Positions 1-8,288 of a stretch of DNA of 64,000 bases are shown here, piece by piece. Every line of letters begins with the position of its first letter. The stretch's first letter is position 1. The notes beneath the pieces were generated by a model, which was not told where the DNA came from, did no database searches, and saw only the letters and a list, made by a program, of their open reading frames with translations. The position numbers and the translations under genes were made by a program. Source of the DNA: a virus (lineage: Duplodnaviria; Heunggongvirae; Uroviricota; Caudoviricetes); IMG/VR virus record IMGVR_UViG_651703075_000001, positions 1 through 64,000 of that record. One strand, 5' to 3'.

Positions 1-1
1 A

Positions 2-418
2 ATGGCTGAAGAAAACCAGCCGACTCCCAAAGAGGACGTGGTGAAGAGTGTTGACAAGGCCGAGCGCCGGGCACTCTTTGTCGTCCTGGCTCCGGATGAG
101 GTGGACCTTCACGGGGACATCTACTCCGCAGTCGAGGTGGAGAAGGCATGCATTCAGTTCAACCGGCACTGCATGAAAGCCAACCTGTTCCACGCCGTCG
201 AGACCGAGGCTGCCCAGATCGAGCAAAGCTTCATCAACCTGGCCGACTTCGACACCGACGATGGACGGACCATTACCAAAGGGACTTGGTGTACTTGGAT
301 GCACTTCCCGGAAGGTGATGCGCTGGCAGATGACCTGTGGGCAGGGGTGCTGGATGGATCGTTCAACGGCGTCAGTATCGGCGCCCGAGCAACTGTAGAG
401 GACCTCACCGATGAGTGA
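2..418 (+). CDS. prohead protease, XkdF-like (C-terminal part; gene starts upstream of window)
   Basis: ORF open to window edge; motifs D-x-HGD-x-YS-x-E-x-EKA, GTW, DDLW-x-V-x-DG-x-F-x-GVSIG resemble XkdF-type phage serine protease; directly precedes scaffold and capsid genes. Confidence 0.5.
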   Translation: MAEENQPTPKEDVVKSVDKAERRALFVVLAPDEVDLHGDIYSAVEVEKACIQFNRHCMKANLFHAVETEAAQIEQSFINLADFDTDDGRTITKGTWCTWMHFPEGDALADDLWAGVLDGSFNGVSIGARATVEDLTDE

Positions 419-1298
419 TCGAAAAGCCAAACGCCGGCTGACCGACATCTCTTTTGACCATGAAGGCGCTCATCTGGCGCTGGTCCATAAGGGACAAGGT
501 GGCCCTGCGAATGGGTATACGACCCTGGTAACCAAGGCACTTGACGCGGGAATCCCGCAAGACGTGCTGAAAGCCACCAAGGTCAAAGTGGAGCTGGAGT
601 TCCCGGAGTTCCTCCGGAAGTTCTTCAACATGTACTACAGCGATGCAGAGATGTTGTCTGCTGCCCTGGGGTACGGCACCACTGAAGGGAAAGATTGGCA
701 GATGGACGGAGAGTCGTACCAAGAGTACATCGAACGCCGCGTAGGTGGCATCGAGATTCTGAAGTCCCTGTACAAGAGCGAGGACCCCGTTGCCGGCTTG
801 AATAAGCTTGACGACGCGGCAATCGTCAGCATCGCGAAAGCTCGTGACCTGCTGGAACCCCATATGGCCACCGCTTCTGGGGCCGACCACACCAACAAAG
901 AGGAAAGCCCTGTGAGTCAAGAACTCATCGACAAAGCTGTACAGGCAGCCGAAGCAAAGCTGCAAGATGAACTCAAGAAGCAAGCCGACCTGCTGAAGGC
1001 TGCTACCGAACAAATCGCCGCCATGGAAGCCATCCAGAAGGCCGCTAAGGTAGAAGCTCGTAAGGCCGCTGTAGCCGGTTCCGGTGCTGACGCTGAAGCT
1101 CAGGTTGAGCTGATGAAAGCCATGGAAAGCCTGAGCGATGAAAGCTTCGCTGTCGTTCTCAAGCACATCACCAAAGCAAAAGAAGTTCCGGCTGGTCTGG
1201 ACCGTGAAGTCGGTCTGAGCGGTGCATCTGACGCTGAAAACGCTAGCCAGGTAGAGACCCTCAAGGCTCTGATGCTGGCCAAGTACACCAAGCAATAA
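411..1298 (+). CDS. capsid scaffolding protein
   Basis: 295 aa, Ala/Lys/Glu-rich predicted helical coiled-coil protein, overlaps protease stop, located before major capsid gene. Confidence 0.5.
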   Translation: MSDRKAKRRLTDISFDHEGAHLALVHKGQGGPANGYTTLVTKALDAGIPQDVLKATKVKVELEFPEFLRKFFNMYYSDAEMLSAALGYGTTEGKDWQMDGESYQEYIERRVGGIEILKSLYKSEDPVAGLNKLDDAAIVSIAKARDLLEPHMATASGADHTNKEESPVSQELIDKAVQAAEAKLQDELKKQADLLKAATEQIAAMEAIQKAAKVEARKAAVAGSGADAEAQVELMKAMESLSDESFAVVLKHITKAKEVPAGLDREVGLSGASDAENASQVETLKALMLAKYTKQ

Positions 1299-1314
1299 GG
1301 TATAGGAGCCCATC

Positions 1315-1689
1315 ATGCCCGTTATCGCTACCGACCATCAGCGCCTGAGCAACTGGCTCAAGTACGAATACGACCCGGCCTCCGGCGTAACCCGCGAAGT
1401 CATGCCGAAAACCTGGCTGGACCCGGCTGTGAAAGAGACCGGCTCGGTTCTGGACGCTGACGGCAAGCTGGTCACCAAGGCGACCGCTGCCAACGCTGCC
1501 TACATCCTGATCGATTGCGAGCACCGCGCCGCTGCTGACCAGTTTACTCAGGTCCTGCTTCTGGCACGTGGCTACGCCAAGATCGCCGACGAGGGTGTGA
1601 TCTTTGCGGACGATGTAGAAGCCGCAGACAAAGAAACCGCTTTCGCAGAACTGGCGAAGAAGAACATCTTCGCTGTACACCAGGTATAA
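1315..1689 (+). CDS. hypothetical head-module protein
   Basis: 124 aa ORF with RBS aggagcc upstream, between scaffold and capsid genes. Confidence 0.45.
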   Translation: MPVIATDHQRLSNWLKYEYDPASGVTREVMPKTWLDPAVKETGSVLDADGKLVTKATAANAAYILIDCEHRAAADQFTQVLLLARGYAKIADEGVIFADDVEAADKETAFAELAKKNIFAVHQV

Positions 1690-1699
1690 GGAAGGAACC

Positions 1700-2755
1700 A
1701 TGCGACCGATTCCCTCGCTTCAGAACAACTTCGAATACACCGACCTGACCGAGCCGATGATCCTGATCCCGAACGTGTGGGGTCTGACCCAACAGCTCGG
1801 CATCTTCGGTGTTGACCGCACCACCCAAGAGTCTGTGACTCTGGAAGAAATCACCAAGTCGTTCGGCCTGATGGAAGATATCCATCGTGGCGCTCGCCAC
1901 CAGGTTGGTCGTGACTATGATCGTCAAATGCGCACCTTCGCGGTTCCGCACTTCACCTACGACGATTACATCACCCCGCGTGACATCCAGGGCAAGCGTG
2001 CCTACGGCAAGCAAGAGCTGGAAACCCTGGACCAGGTTCGTATGCGCAAGCTGGAGCGTCTGCGTGGCACTCACGCCGCTACCATGGAGTTTGCTCGTAT
2101 GCACACCCTGGTTACCGGCAAGCCCTACACCCCCAACAACACCGTTGGTGGTGCTACCGGTTACGACTGGTACCAAGAGTTCGGTAAGACCCGTTTCGAA
2201 GTCAACTTCGAGCTGGACACCCCGACCACCAACATCCTGGAGAAGAGCGAGCTGGTTTACGCTCACATGCAGGACGAGGCCTACACTGGCGGCGTAGTTG
2301 GCGATGTTATCGCTATCTGCTCTCCGGAGTTCTTCAGCAAGCTGATCAGCCACCCGACCGTGGTTGAGGCGTACAAATACTACGCCAGCCAGCCGCAGAT
2401 TCTCCGTGAACGCCTGCGTGCCCGTGGCTTCGACGCCCGTTACCGTGAGTTCTACTTCGGCAACGTGCTGTACATCGAGTACCGTGGTGGCTTCCAAGGC
2501 CGTCCGGGTGGCGAGAAGCGCCGTTACGTTCCGGCTGGTGAAGCTGTCTTCATCCCCGGTAGCGGCACCGAAGACCTGTTCAAGACCTTCTTCGCTCCGG
2601 CGAGCAAGTTCGAACACGTCAACACCCCCGGCGAAGAAAGCTACGCGTTCGAGTACGTGGACCCGAAAGGTGAGTTCCTGGAGATTAACTCCGAGACCAA
2701 CTTCATCAACGTCCTGATGTACCCGCAACTGGTCGTGAAAGGCAAAGCGGCCTAA
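1700..2755 (+). CDS. major capsid protein
   Basis: 351 aa, RBS aaggaagga, position after scaffold, followed by strong terminator (highly expressed unit); size and order typical of XkdG-like capsid. Confidence 0.55.
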   Translation: MRPIPSLQNNFEYTDLTEPMILIPNVWGLTQQLGIFGVDRTTQESVTLEEITKSFGLMEDIHRGARHQVGRDYDRQMRTFAVPHFTYDDYITPRDIQGKRAYGKQELETLDQVRMRKLERLRGTHAATMEFARMHTLVTGKPYTPNNTVGGATGYDWYQEFGKTRFEVNFELDTPTTNILEKSELVYAHMQDEAYTGGVVGDVIAICSPEFFSKLISHPTVVEAYKYYASQPQILRERLRARGFDARYREFYFGNVLYIEYRGGFQGRPGGEKRRYVPAGEAVFIPGSGTEDLFKTFFAPASKFEHVNTPGEESYAFEYVDPKGEFLEINSETNFINVLMYPQLVVKGKAA

Positions 2756-2757
2756 GA

Positions 2758-2787
2758 AAACGGGGGCCTTCGGGCCCCCTTTTTTGG
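2758..2787 (+). terminator. rho-independent terminator (GGGGGCCTTCGGGCCCCC + T7)
   Basis: perfect GC hairpin with UUCG loop followed by TTTTTT. Confidence 0.75.
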
Positions 2788-2808
2788 TCCCGAGAAAAGG
2801 AGTAGGAT

Positions 2809-3294
2809 ATGCCCTACACAGGCGATCCGAAGAACAATGTGGTCGATCAGCTCCGCCTGATGGTGGGGGATATCTGGGACGACATTGAAATCTTGACGGA
2901 CGAAGATTACCAATATTTTATCGACATGTACAATGGCAATATCCGCAGGGCTTTCCTGGACGTTGTACGGTCAATCCTCTTCAAGCTGGCACGTTACGTC
3001 AGGGAACGGACTGGTGATATTGAGGTCTACGGAAGTGACTGGTGGAAGGCCTATAGGCAAACTCTCCAGGATATCTTGAAGGACCCGAACCTGACAACCG
3101 TGATTGCTCTGCCCTACGTTGGAGGTGTGTCAGCCAAAGACATGGCCATGAACAATGCCAACCCAGACAACGTGGCACGGAAGATTTTCATTGGATTCAA
3201 TCGTGATTTGCGGCTTTACGAGCAGCAGAACGTAGGGTACAACGACATGCCGAGAATCGGGAAGGCCCTAGATGCCCAGCCGAATCTCTGCTGA
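2809..3294 (+). CDS. hypothetical head-tail connector/neck protein
   Basis: 161 aa ORF with RBS aaaggag; position between capsid and sheath. Confidence 0.4.
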   Translation: MPYTGDPKNNVVDQLRLMVGDIWDDIEILTDEDYQYFIDMYNGNIRRAFLDVVRSILFKLARYVRERTGDIEVYGSDWWKAYRQTLQDILKDPNLTTVIALPYVGGVSAKDMAMNNANPDNVARKIFIGFNRDLRLYEQQNVGYNDMPRIGKALDAQPNLC

Positions 3295-3739
3295 CTTTCG
3301 GAAGCTAGACGCTCTGATTGCCCGGATGGAGGCCTTGGACGGTCTGACGCTGGAAGGAGGCTTCTTCCCTGAAGACCGGTACGGTCCAGAGAATGGTAAC
3401 CTCCCAGTCGCCCAGGTGGCAGCCTACAACGTTTTCGGCACGGAAACCAACCCGGAACGAGACTTCATGACTCCCAGCTTTAGTGACTGGGCCACGGTGA
3501 ACTACTACCGGAAAGCCATGAAGCAGGTGGTAGAGGCTACCATTCGAGATGGGCGGACCCAGAAGGGGCAGCTCAACAAGATGGGCCGAACCATGGTGGA
3601 GATTATCCAGGTCAACATTGACGACTTCCCAGGCCATAACAGCGCTCGCTGGGCCCAGGTGAAAGGCTTTGACGACCCCCTGACCCATACGGGCAAGATG
3701 CAGGATAGCGTCAAGTACAAGATCGTGAGGAGGAAGTGA
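3272..3739 (+). CDS. hypothetical head-tail joining protein
   Basis: 155 aa ORF overlapping upstream gene; neck module position. Confidence 0.4.
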   Translation: MPSRISADFRKLDALIARMEALDGLTLEGGFFPEDRYGPENGNLPVAQVAAYNVFGTETNPERDFMTPSFSDWATVNYYRKAMKQVVEATIRDGRTQKGQLNKMGRTMVEIIQVNIDDFPGHNSARWAQVKGFDDPLTHTGKMQDSVKYKIVRRK

Positions 3740-4110
3740 TGCTCACGCCACCCATGCTAAGCACTCACTTCGTCAAGAACGAGGTGATTCGCCGGCCCAG
3801 GAAGCGCCTGGTCCGAGGACGGCCTGTTCAAGACCCTCCGGAGATTTACATTGTCGAGGGAAGCTTCCAGCCTGTGCTGAAAAGCACGGACACGATGCAA
3901 CTCCCCGAGGGTGAACGGACCAAGAAGGCTTTGAAGGTTTATACCAGGAACCACACCACCCTGCGAGAAGCCAACGAGGCTGAGGATGGCTGGGATGCGG
4001 ACCAGTTCTGGTGGAAGGGCGAGCTGTACGAAGTCGTGAAGACCGCTTCCTACGACATGAGGGTCCTGGATCACGTCAAAGCCATGTGTGTTCGTGTGGA
4101 GGGTACCTGA
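3736..4110 (+). CDS. hypothetical neck/tail completion protein
   Basis: 124 aa, ATGA start-stop overlap with upstream gene. Confidence 0.4.
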   Translation: MMLTPPMLSTHFVKNEVIRRPRKRLVRGRPVQDPPEIYIVEGSFQPVLKSTDTMQLPEGERTKKALKVYTRNHTTLREANEAEDGWDADQFWWKGELYEVVKTASYDMRVLDHVKAMCVRVEGT

Positions 4111-4730
4111 TGGCCCTGACCATGGACGAGCTGAGGGCGAAATACCCCGGCATAGAGGACATTTACACCCAGTTGGAAGATGCCCTCTACAACGTGGCTG
4201 AGGCTGCTTTGGGGGATTTCCCTCTGGTGCTAAGCTACTGTGATAACCAACAGACCCAGACGCCTGCACTGTACATCGAGCCGATGGACATCAAATCGGT
4301 ATTCACCGAGCAGGTAGCAGGCACTCTGGAGATTGACCCAACAGACCCAGAGAGGGCTGTGCAAGAGGTCACCAAGTGGTACACCCTTAAAGCCCGTTTT
4401 ACAGGCCTGGGGAGTCCACACAACCACGCCATGGCAGCGGCAGCAGTCCAGCATTTGGAATTCTTCCTCAGCACTGAGGAGGGTTACCAGGCTTTGGAAT
4501 CCAACGGGTTTTCAAAGAATGGGGCCAATCCAATTCGTCGGATCAGGGATCAACGTCCCAATGAGCTGTACCAGCATTTCCGGTACGATGTTCATTTGTC
4601 CTACGCCATAACACGGAAAGAAGAGGTGACCTGGATCGAAGCTTTGGAGCTGGACGCGGTTTACACCAACGCCGGACGAGAGCCTGACCACGTTATCAAG
4701 AACCATATCTCACTCAACGAGGAACCCTGA
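4110..4730 (+). CDS. hypothetical tail terminator/neck protein
   Basis: 206 aa from internal ATG overlapping upstream stop (tgATG); track ORF 4011 has implausible N-extension. Confidence 0.4.
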   Translation: MALTMDELRAKYPGIEDIYTQLEDALYNVAEAALGDFPLVLSYCDNQQTQTPALYIEPMDIKSVFTEQVAGTLEIDPTDPERAVQEVTKWYTLKARFTGLGSPHNHAMAAAAVQHLEFFLSTEEGYQALESNGFSKNGANPIRRIRDQRPNELYQHFRYDVHLSYAITRKEEVTWIEALELDAVYTNAGREPDHVIKNHISLNEEP

Positions 4731-4732
4731 AG

Positions 4733-6055
4733 ATGACCCGTCTTACCGACATCATCCAGATCACCATTGATCGGCAAACGCAGCCGGTAGCCACCACTGC
4801 GTTCAACGTGCCGATGTTCCTGGCTACCCACTCCAACTTCTCCGAGCGGGCGCGGGAATATGCATCGACGGAAGCTGTCATGGCAGACTTCCCGAACAAT
4901 AGCTCCGTAATGCAGGCAGCTCGTATGGCCTTCGCACAGAACCCGCGCCCCAACCGCCTGGTTGTTGGTCGCCGCAACGTGCCAGGCGCCACTGTCTCCA
5001 TTGTAGAGGTTGCACCGCAGACCACCTACACCATGACCCTGAACGGTATTCCGGTGAGCTACCTGTCGAAACCGGAACCTGTGGATGAAGATGACGATCC
5101 GGCAGACACGGCAGTAACCATCTGCGCAGGCCTGGTAGCAGCTTTCAACGTCAGCCCGGTCGTTGGCATCACTCTGACCGACAATACCGACGGTACCATC
5201 ACCGTTCGCAGCTCCAGCACCTCCTGGTCGCTGACTACCTCGGCAAACCTGTCGAAGTCGAACATGCCGTCCACCGAGGGCTGGGGTGCCGCTATCCTGG
5301 CAGTAAGCGCTGCGAACAGCAAGTGGTACGGTGCTACCATCGAATCTCACGTCCCGGCAGATGTCCTGGAAGTGGCTGCTACCATCGAGTCGATGAGTGC
5401 GAAGAAAATCTTCGGTACCTCTACCAGCTCCGTGGCTGTGAAGAACGCCACTGCTGGCAACATCCTGGAGACCCTGAACAAGGCTGGCTACCATCGCACC
5501 TTCCTGCTCTGGAATGGTCGAGCTGACCAGGACTTCCCGGAACTGGGCTGGATGTCGAGCCAACTGCAAGAGCAGCCGGGCAGCAACACCTGGAGCTTCA
5601 AGGGCATCGCTGGAGCTACCTACGATGAGCTGGACGACCAAGAGTCGGCAAACATCCACGACCACAAAGGTAACACCTATGAGTTCGTCGGGGATGCCAA
5701 CAGCACCACGTTCGGTAGCATGGTGTCTGGCGAGTGGATCGATACCATGGTAGGCATTGACTGGTTCGAAGCCCGCCTCCGGGAGCGCCTGTGGTTCCGT
5801 CAGCGGAACAGCAAGAAAATCCCGTACACCAAGCAGGGTACCACCATCCTCGAAACGGATGTTCGAGCACAGCTCCAAGAGGGCATTCGAGTTCAACTGT
5901 TCACCGACACCCCGGCTCCCCGGGTCCGTGTACGGGACGCAAACAGCATGTCTCCGAATGATCGGGCTCGCCGGTTCTATGACGGTATCGAGTTCGAAGC
6001 TCAGCTCGCTGGTGCCATCCACATCATCGGTATCCGTGGCGTAGTCACGGCATAA
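4733..6055 (+). CDS. tail sheath-like protein (DUF3383-type)
   Basis: 440 aa, RBS, immediately followed by three tube-like paralogs; order sheath-tube-chaperone-tape measure. Confidence 0.5.
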   Translation: MTRLTDIIQITIDRQTQPVATTAFNVPMFLATHSNFSERAREYASTEAVMADFPNNSSVMQAARMAFAQNPRPNRLVVGRRNVPGATVSIVEVAPQTTYTMTLNGIPVSYLSKPEPVDEDDDPADTAVTICAGLVAAFNVSPVVGITLTDNTDGTITVRSSSTSWSLTTSANLSKSNMPSTEGWGAAILAVSAANSKWYGATIESHVPADVLEVAATIESMSAKKIFGTSTSSVAVKNATAGNILETLNKAGYHRTFLLWNGRADQDFPELGWMSSQLQEQPGSNTWSFKGIAGATYDELDDQESANIHDHKGNTYEFVGDANSTTFGSMVSGEWIDTMVGIDWFEARLRERLWFRQRNSKKIPYTKQGTTILETDVRAQLQEGIRVQLFTDTPAPRVRVRDANSMSPNDRARRFYDGIEFEAQLAGAIHIIGIRGVVTA

Positions 6056-6065
6056 GGAGTAGACA

Positions 6066-6587
6066 ATGGCAGGCCGTACTTCCACTTACGCCCCTAACCA
6101 GGTTACTATCGTAATCAACCACGCGGCTTCGGGTATCAGCCACACCCTGACCGGCTTCAGCGAAGACAGCATTGTCTCCGTTGAACGCCTGGTGGACACG
6201 TTCACTGAGTATGTTGGTGCTGATGACACTCACACCCGAGTGTTCAACGCCAACTCTGGTGCCCGGGCTACCGTAAGCCTGGCCCAGACCTCGGAGTCGA
6301 ACGATGTCCTGACCTTCCTTCACGAGTTTGACCGTGAAGCGATGTCCGCAGACGGTATGTTCGAGATGCTGATCAAGGACAACTCGGGCCGCTCCCTGTA
6401 CTTTTCGGACGAGGCGTACATTGCAGTGATCCCGCAGGGCGGTTTCAGCAACCAGATGAACACCCGTGATTGGGTCATTTCCATGACCAACACCACGTTC
6501 CAACATGGCGGCAACCAGAAGGTGAGCCCCGCTACCGCAGACACCCTGACGGCTCTTGGTGTGAACCTCGACGCCCGCTGGCTGTAA
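6066..6587 (+). CDS. tail tube protein paralog 1
   Basis: 173 aa; shares TYAP-x-V-x-I-x-I and LAQTS-x-NDVL motifs with the next two genes. Confidence 0.5.
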   Translation: MAGRTSTYAPNQVTIVINHAASGISHTLTGFSEDSIVSVERLVDTFTEYVGADDTHTRVFNANSGARATVSLAQTSESNDVLTFLHEFDREAMSADGMFEMLIKDNSGRSLYFSDEAYIAVIPQGGFSNQMNTRDWVISMTNTTFQHGGNQKVSPATADTLTALGVNLDARWL

Positions 6588-6595
6588 GCGACAAC

Positions 6596-6626
6596 CTGGC
6601 CGCCCCTCGTGGGCGGCCTTTTTTGT
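6596..6626 (+). terminator. rho-independent terminator
   Basis: GGCCGCCCCTCGTGGGCGGCC hairpin + TTTTTT. Confidence 0.7.
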
Positions 6627-6639
6627 ACCTGGAGGAAAT

Positions 6640-7143
6640 ATGAACACCTTGACTTACTCTCCAAGAGAGGTTACGATCCTGATCGCCGGAGCCCATGAAG
6701 TGACCGGATACGCGGAGGGGGAGTTCGTCACGATCCAGAAAGAGGTTCAAGCGACCCAGACTCAGCGAGCTATGGATGGATCAGTGGCCCGCCTCTACAC
6801 TAAGGATGACGGCTACCGGATGACCCTCACCTTGGCACAGTCCTCACCTACAAACGACTTCTTGGGCGCCGTTTACAACCTGGACGCAGCTACCCGCAAG
6901 GGGAAGTTCCCGCTAGTGGTGAAAGATACCCTGGGAAATACGAACTTCTTCGCAGGAACTGCCTGGATTGAGACCCCTCCGACCGTAGGGTTTGGGGGTA
7001 CTCTTCGAGAAAACGTGTGGCGATTCGCTTGCTACGACGCCACCCTCCGGATCGGTGGGAACAGCGACCTTACTGACTTCGAGAACTACCTGAGTCAGGG
7101 CGCAGCCATCCTTCCAATCCTTCGACAGTACGGACTTATCTGA
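6640..7143 (+). CDS. tail tube protein paralog 2
   Basis: 167 aa; TYSPREVTILI and LAQSSPTNDFL motifs paralogous to 6066 and 7143 genes. Confidence 0.5.
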   Translation: MNTLTYSPREVTILIAGAHEVTGYAEGEFVTIQKEVQATQTQRAMDGSVARLYTKDDGYRMTLTLAQSSPTNDFLGAVYNLDAATRKGKFPLVVKDTLGNTNFFAGTAWIETPPTVGFGGTLRENVWRFACYDATLRIGGNSDLTDFENYLSQGAAILPILRQYGLI

Positions 7144-7646
7144 TGACAAAGCGTGTGTTGACTTACGCCCCCGAGGATGTTAGACTGATAATCTCGGAGT
7201 TTGAATGCGTAGGTGTAGTCTCGGTTGAGGTTGTCTGGGACATGGAGGTCTACCGTAAAGTGGTGGGCATCCGGGGTCAGGTGACCCGAGTTCGAAACCT
7301 CAACCAGTCTGCACGTATGCGAGTAGAGCTTCTTCAGACCTCGGACACAAACGATGTCTTGTTCGACATCCTGACACAGGACCGCGTTAACCAGTCCGGC
7401 AGGCTAGACCTGGCCCTGGCTGACAACAACGGTGATACCATCATCTACACCAACAATGCCTGGATTTCAGGCCATCCCCAGACCCGTAGGAGCCTGGGGT
7501 TTGACAACCCTGTGTGGACGATTGAGATTGCCCGAGTAACGGACCGTGATCTGTCTGGTTCGAACAACCCCCTAGACTTCTTCAGCTTCGACGGGCTGAA
7601 GACGGCTGCGGGTAATGCAATCAACTCGGTCTTAGACCAATTCTAA
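7143..7646 (+). CDS. tail tube protein paralog 3
   Basis: 167 aa; TYAPEDVRLII and LLQTSDTNDVL motifs; ATGA overlap with upstream paralog. Confidence 0.5.
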   Translation: MTKRVLTYAPEDVRLIISEFECVGVVSVEVVWDMEVYRKVVGIRGQVTRVRNLNQSARMRVELLQTSDTNDVLFDILTQDRVNQSGRLDLALADNNGDTIIYTNNAWISGHPQTRRSLGFDNPVWTIEIARVTDRDLSGSNNPLDFFSFDGLKTAAGNAINSVLDQF

Positions 7647-7659
7647 AAGGAGAGCCCAA

Positions 7660-8046
7660 ATGGCACGCAAGCAACATTCCATTGAAATCAACGGTGACCG
7701 TTTCCTGATCACCTCCATGCCGGCCACCACTGGCCTGTCTCATCTGAAGATGCTCACCAAGCTTCTCGGCCCGGCTCTTGCAGAGGCAGGCGCCGGCTCG
7801 AAGGAGGGTGCAGGTTCGCTGGACATCGCCACCCTGGTCAGCAAGGTGGTTGAGCGGATCGACGAGGTTGAGGTGGAAAAGATGATCATCGGCATGATGA
7901 CCAGTGTGTCCAAGAACAACATGGAAATCAACTTCAACGAGGAGTTCTCGGCTGACTTTGGCAAGCTGTTCCAGTTGGTGACTGAGGTAGTGAAGCTGAA
8001 CTTCGGCTCGGTTTTTCAAGCACTCGGTTTCGACGGTCAACAGTAA
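7660..8046 (+). CDS. tail assembly chaperone (gpG-like)
   Basis: 128 aa ORF immediately upstream of tape measure; T5 run at 8012-8016 near its end with open -1 frame continuing to 8288. Confidence 0.45.
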   Translation: MARKQHSIEINGDRFLITSMPATTGLSHLKMLTKLLGPALAEAGAGSKEGAGSLDIATLVSKVVERIDEVEVEKMIIGMMTSVSKNNMEINFNEEFSADFGKLFQLVTEVVKLNFGSVFQALGFDGQQ

Positions 8047-8288
8047 GTGGGGAGGGGGGTGACCAGATGGTACACCCCCGCCTAAAGCGGCTCATGAAGG
8101 AGTTCCAAAAGGACTACGAGGTCTATCAGGTGTTGACGCACTCTCTGCGCCTGGCGAGCCTTCACGAGCTGCAAACGCTGTACGATACCGAGGATTTATA
8201 TGACCTCCTAGAGTACCAGGCAGCTCACGACGAAGCCGCAGACATCGCCCGAGAAATCGCCAAGCTGAGGCAACAAGATGGCAACTGA
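8016..8288 (+). CDS. -1 frame extension of tail assembly chaperone (gpGT-like); may also initiate independently at ATG 8067
   Basis: frame 0 open with no stop from 8016 through 8288, ends inside tape measure start; classic G/GT arrangement. Confidence 0.35.
   Translation, partial: SSTRFRRSTVSGEGGDQMVHPRLKRLMKEFQKDYEVYQVLTHSLRLASLHELQTLYDTEDLYDLLEYQAAHDEAADIAREIAKLRQQDGN

Noticed and set aside
1887-2717. Alternative-frame + ORFs inside the capsid gene (1887..2297, 2364..2717) and similar ones in other genes (5323.., 5514.., 5757.., 9078.., 12743..)
   Set aside because: Pro/Ser/Thr/Arg-rich low-complexity translations in off-frames of GC-rich genes, with no RBS.
4661-6085. Long minus-strand ORFs (4661..6085, 23258..24586, 28387..29751, 31809..33062 and many shorter ones)
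   Set aside because: They lie antisense to + strand genes that have RBSs and recognisable motifs. GC-rich DNA (~58%) keeps antisense frames open, and these ORFs have no RBS or homology signal. I see no evidence for any minus-strand gene in the window.
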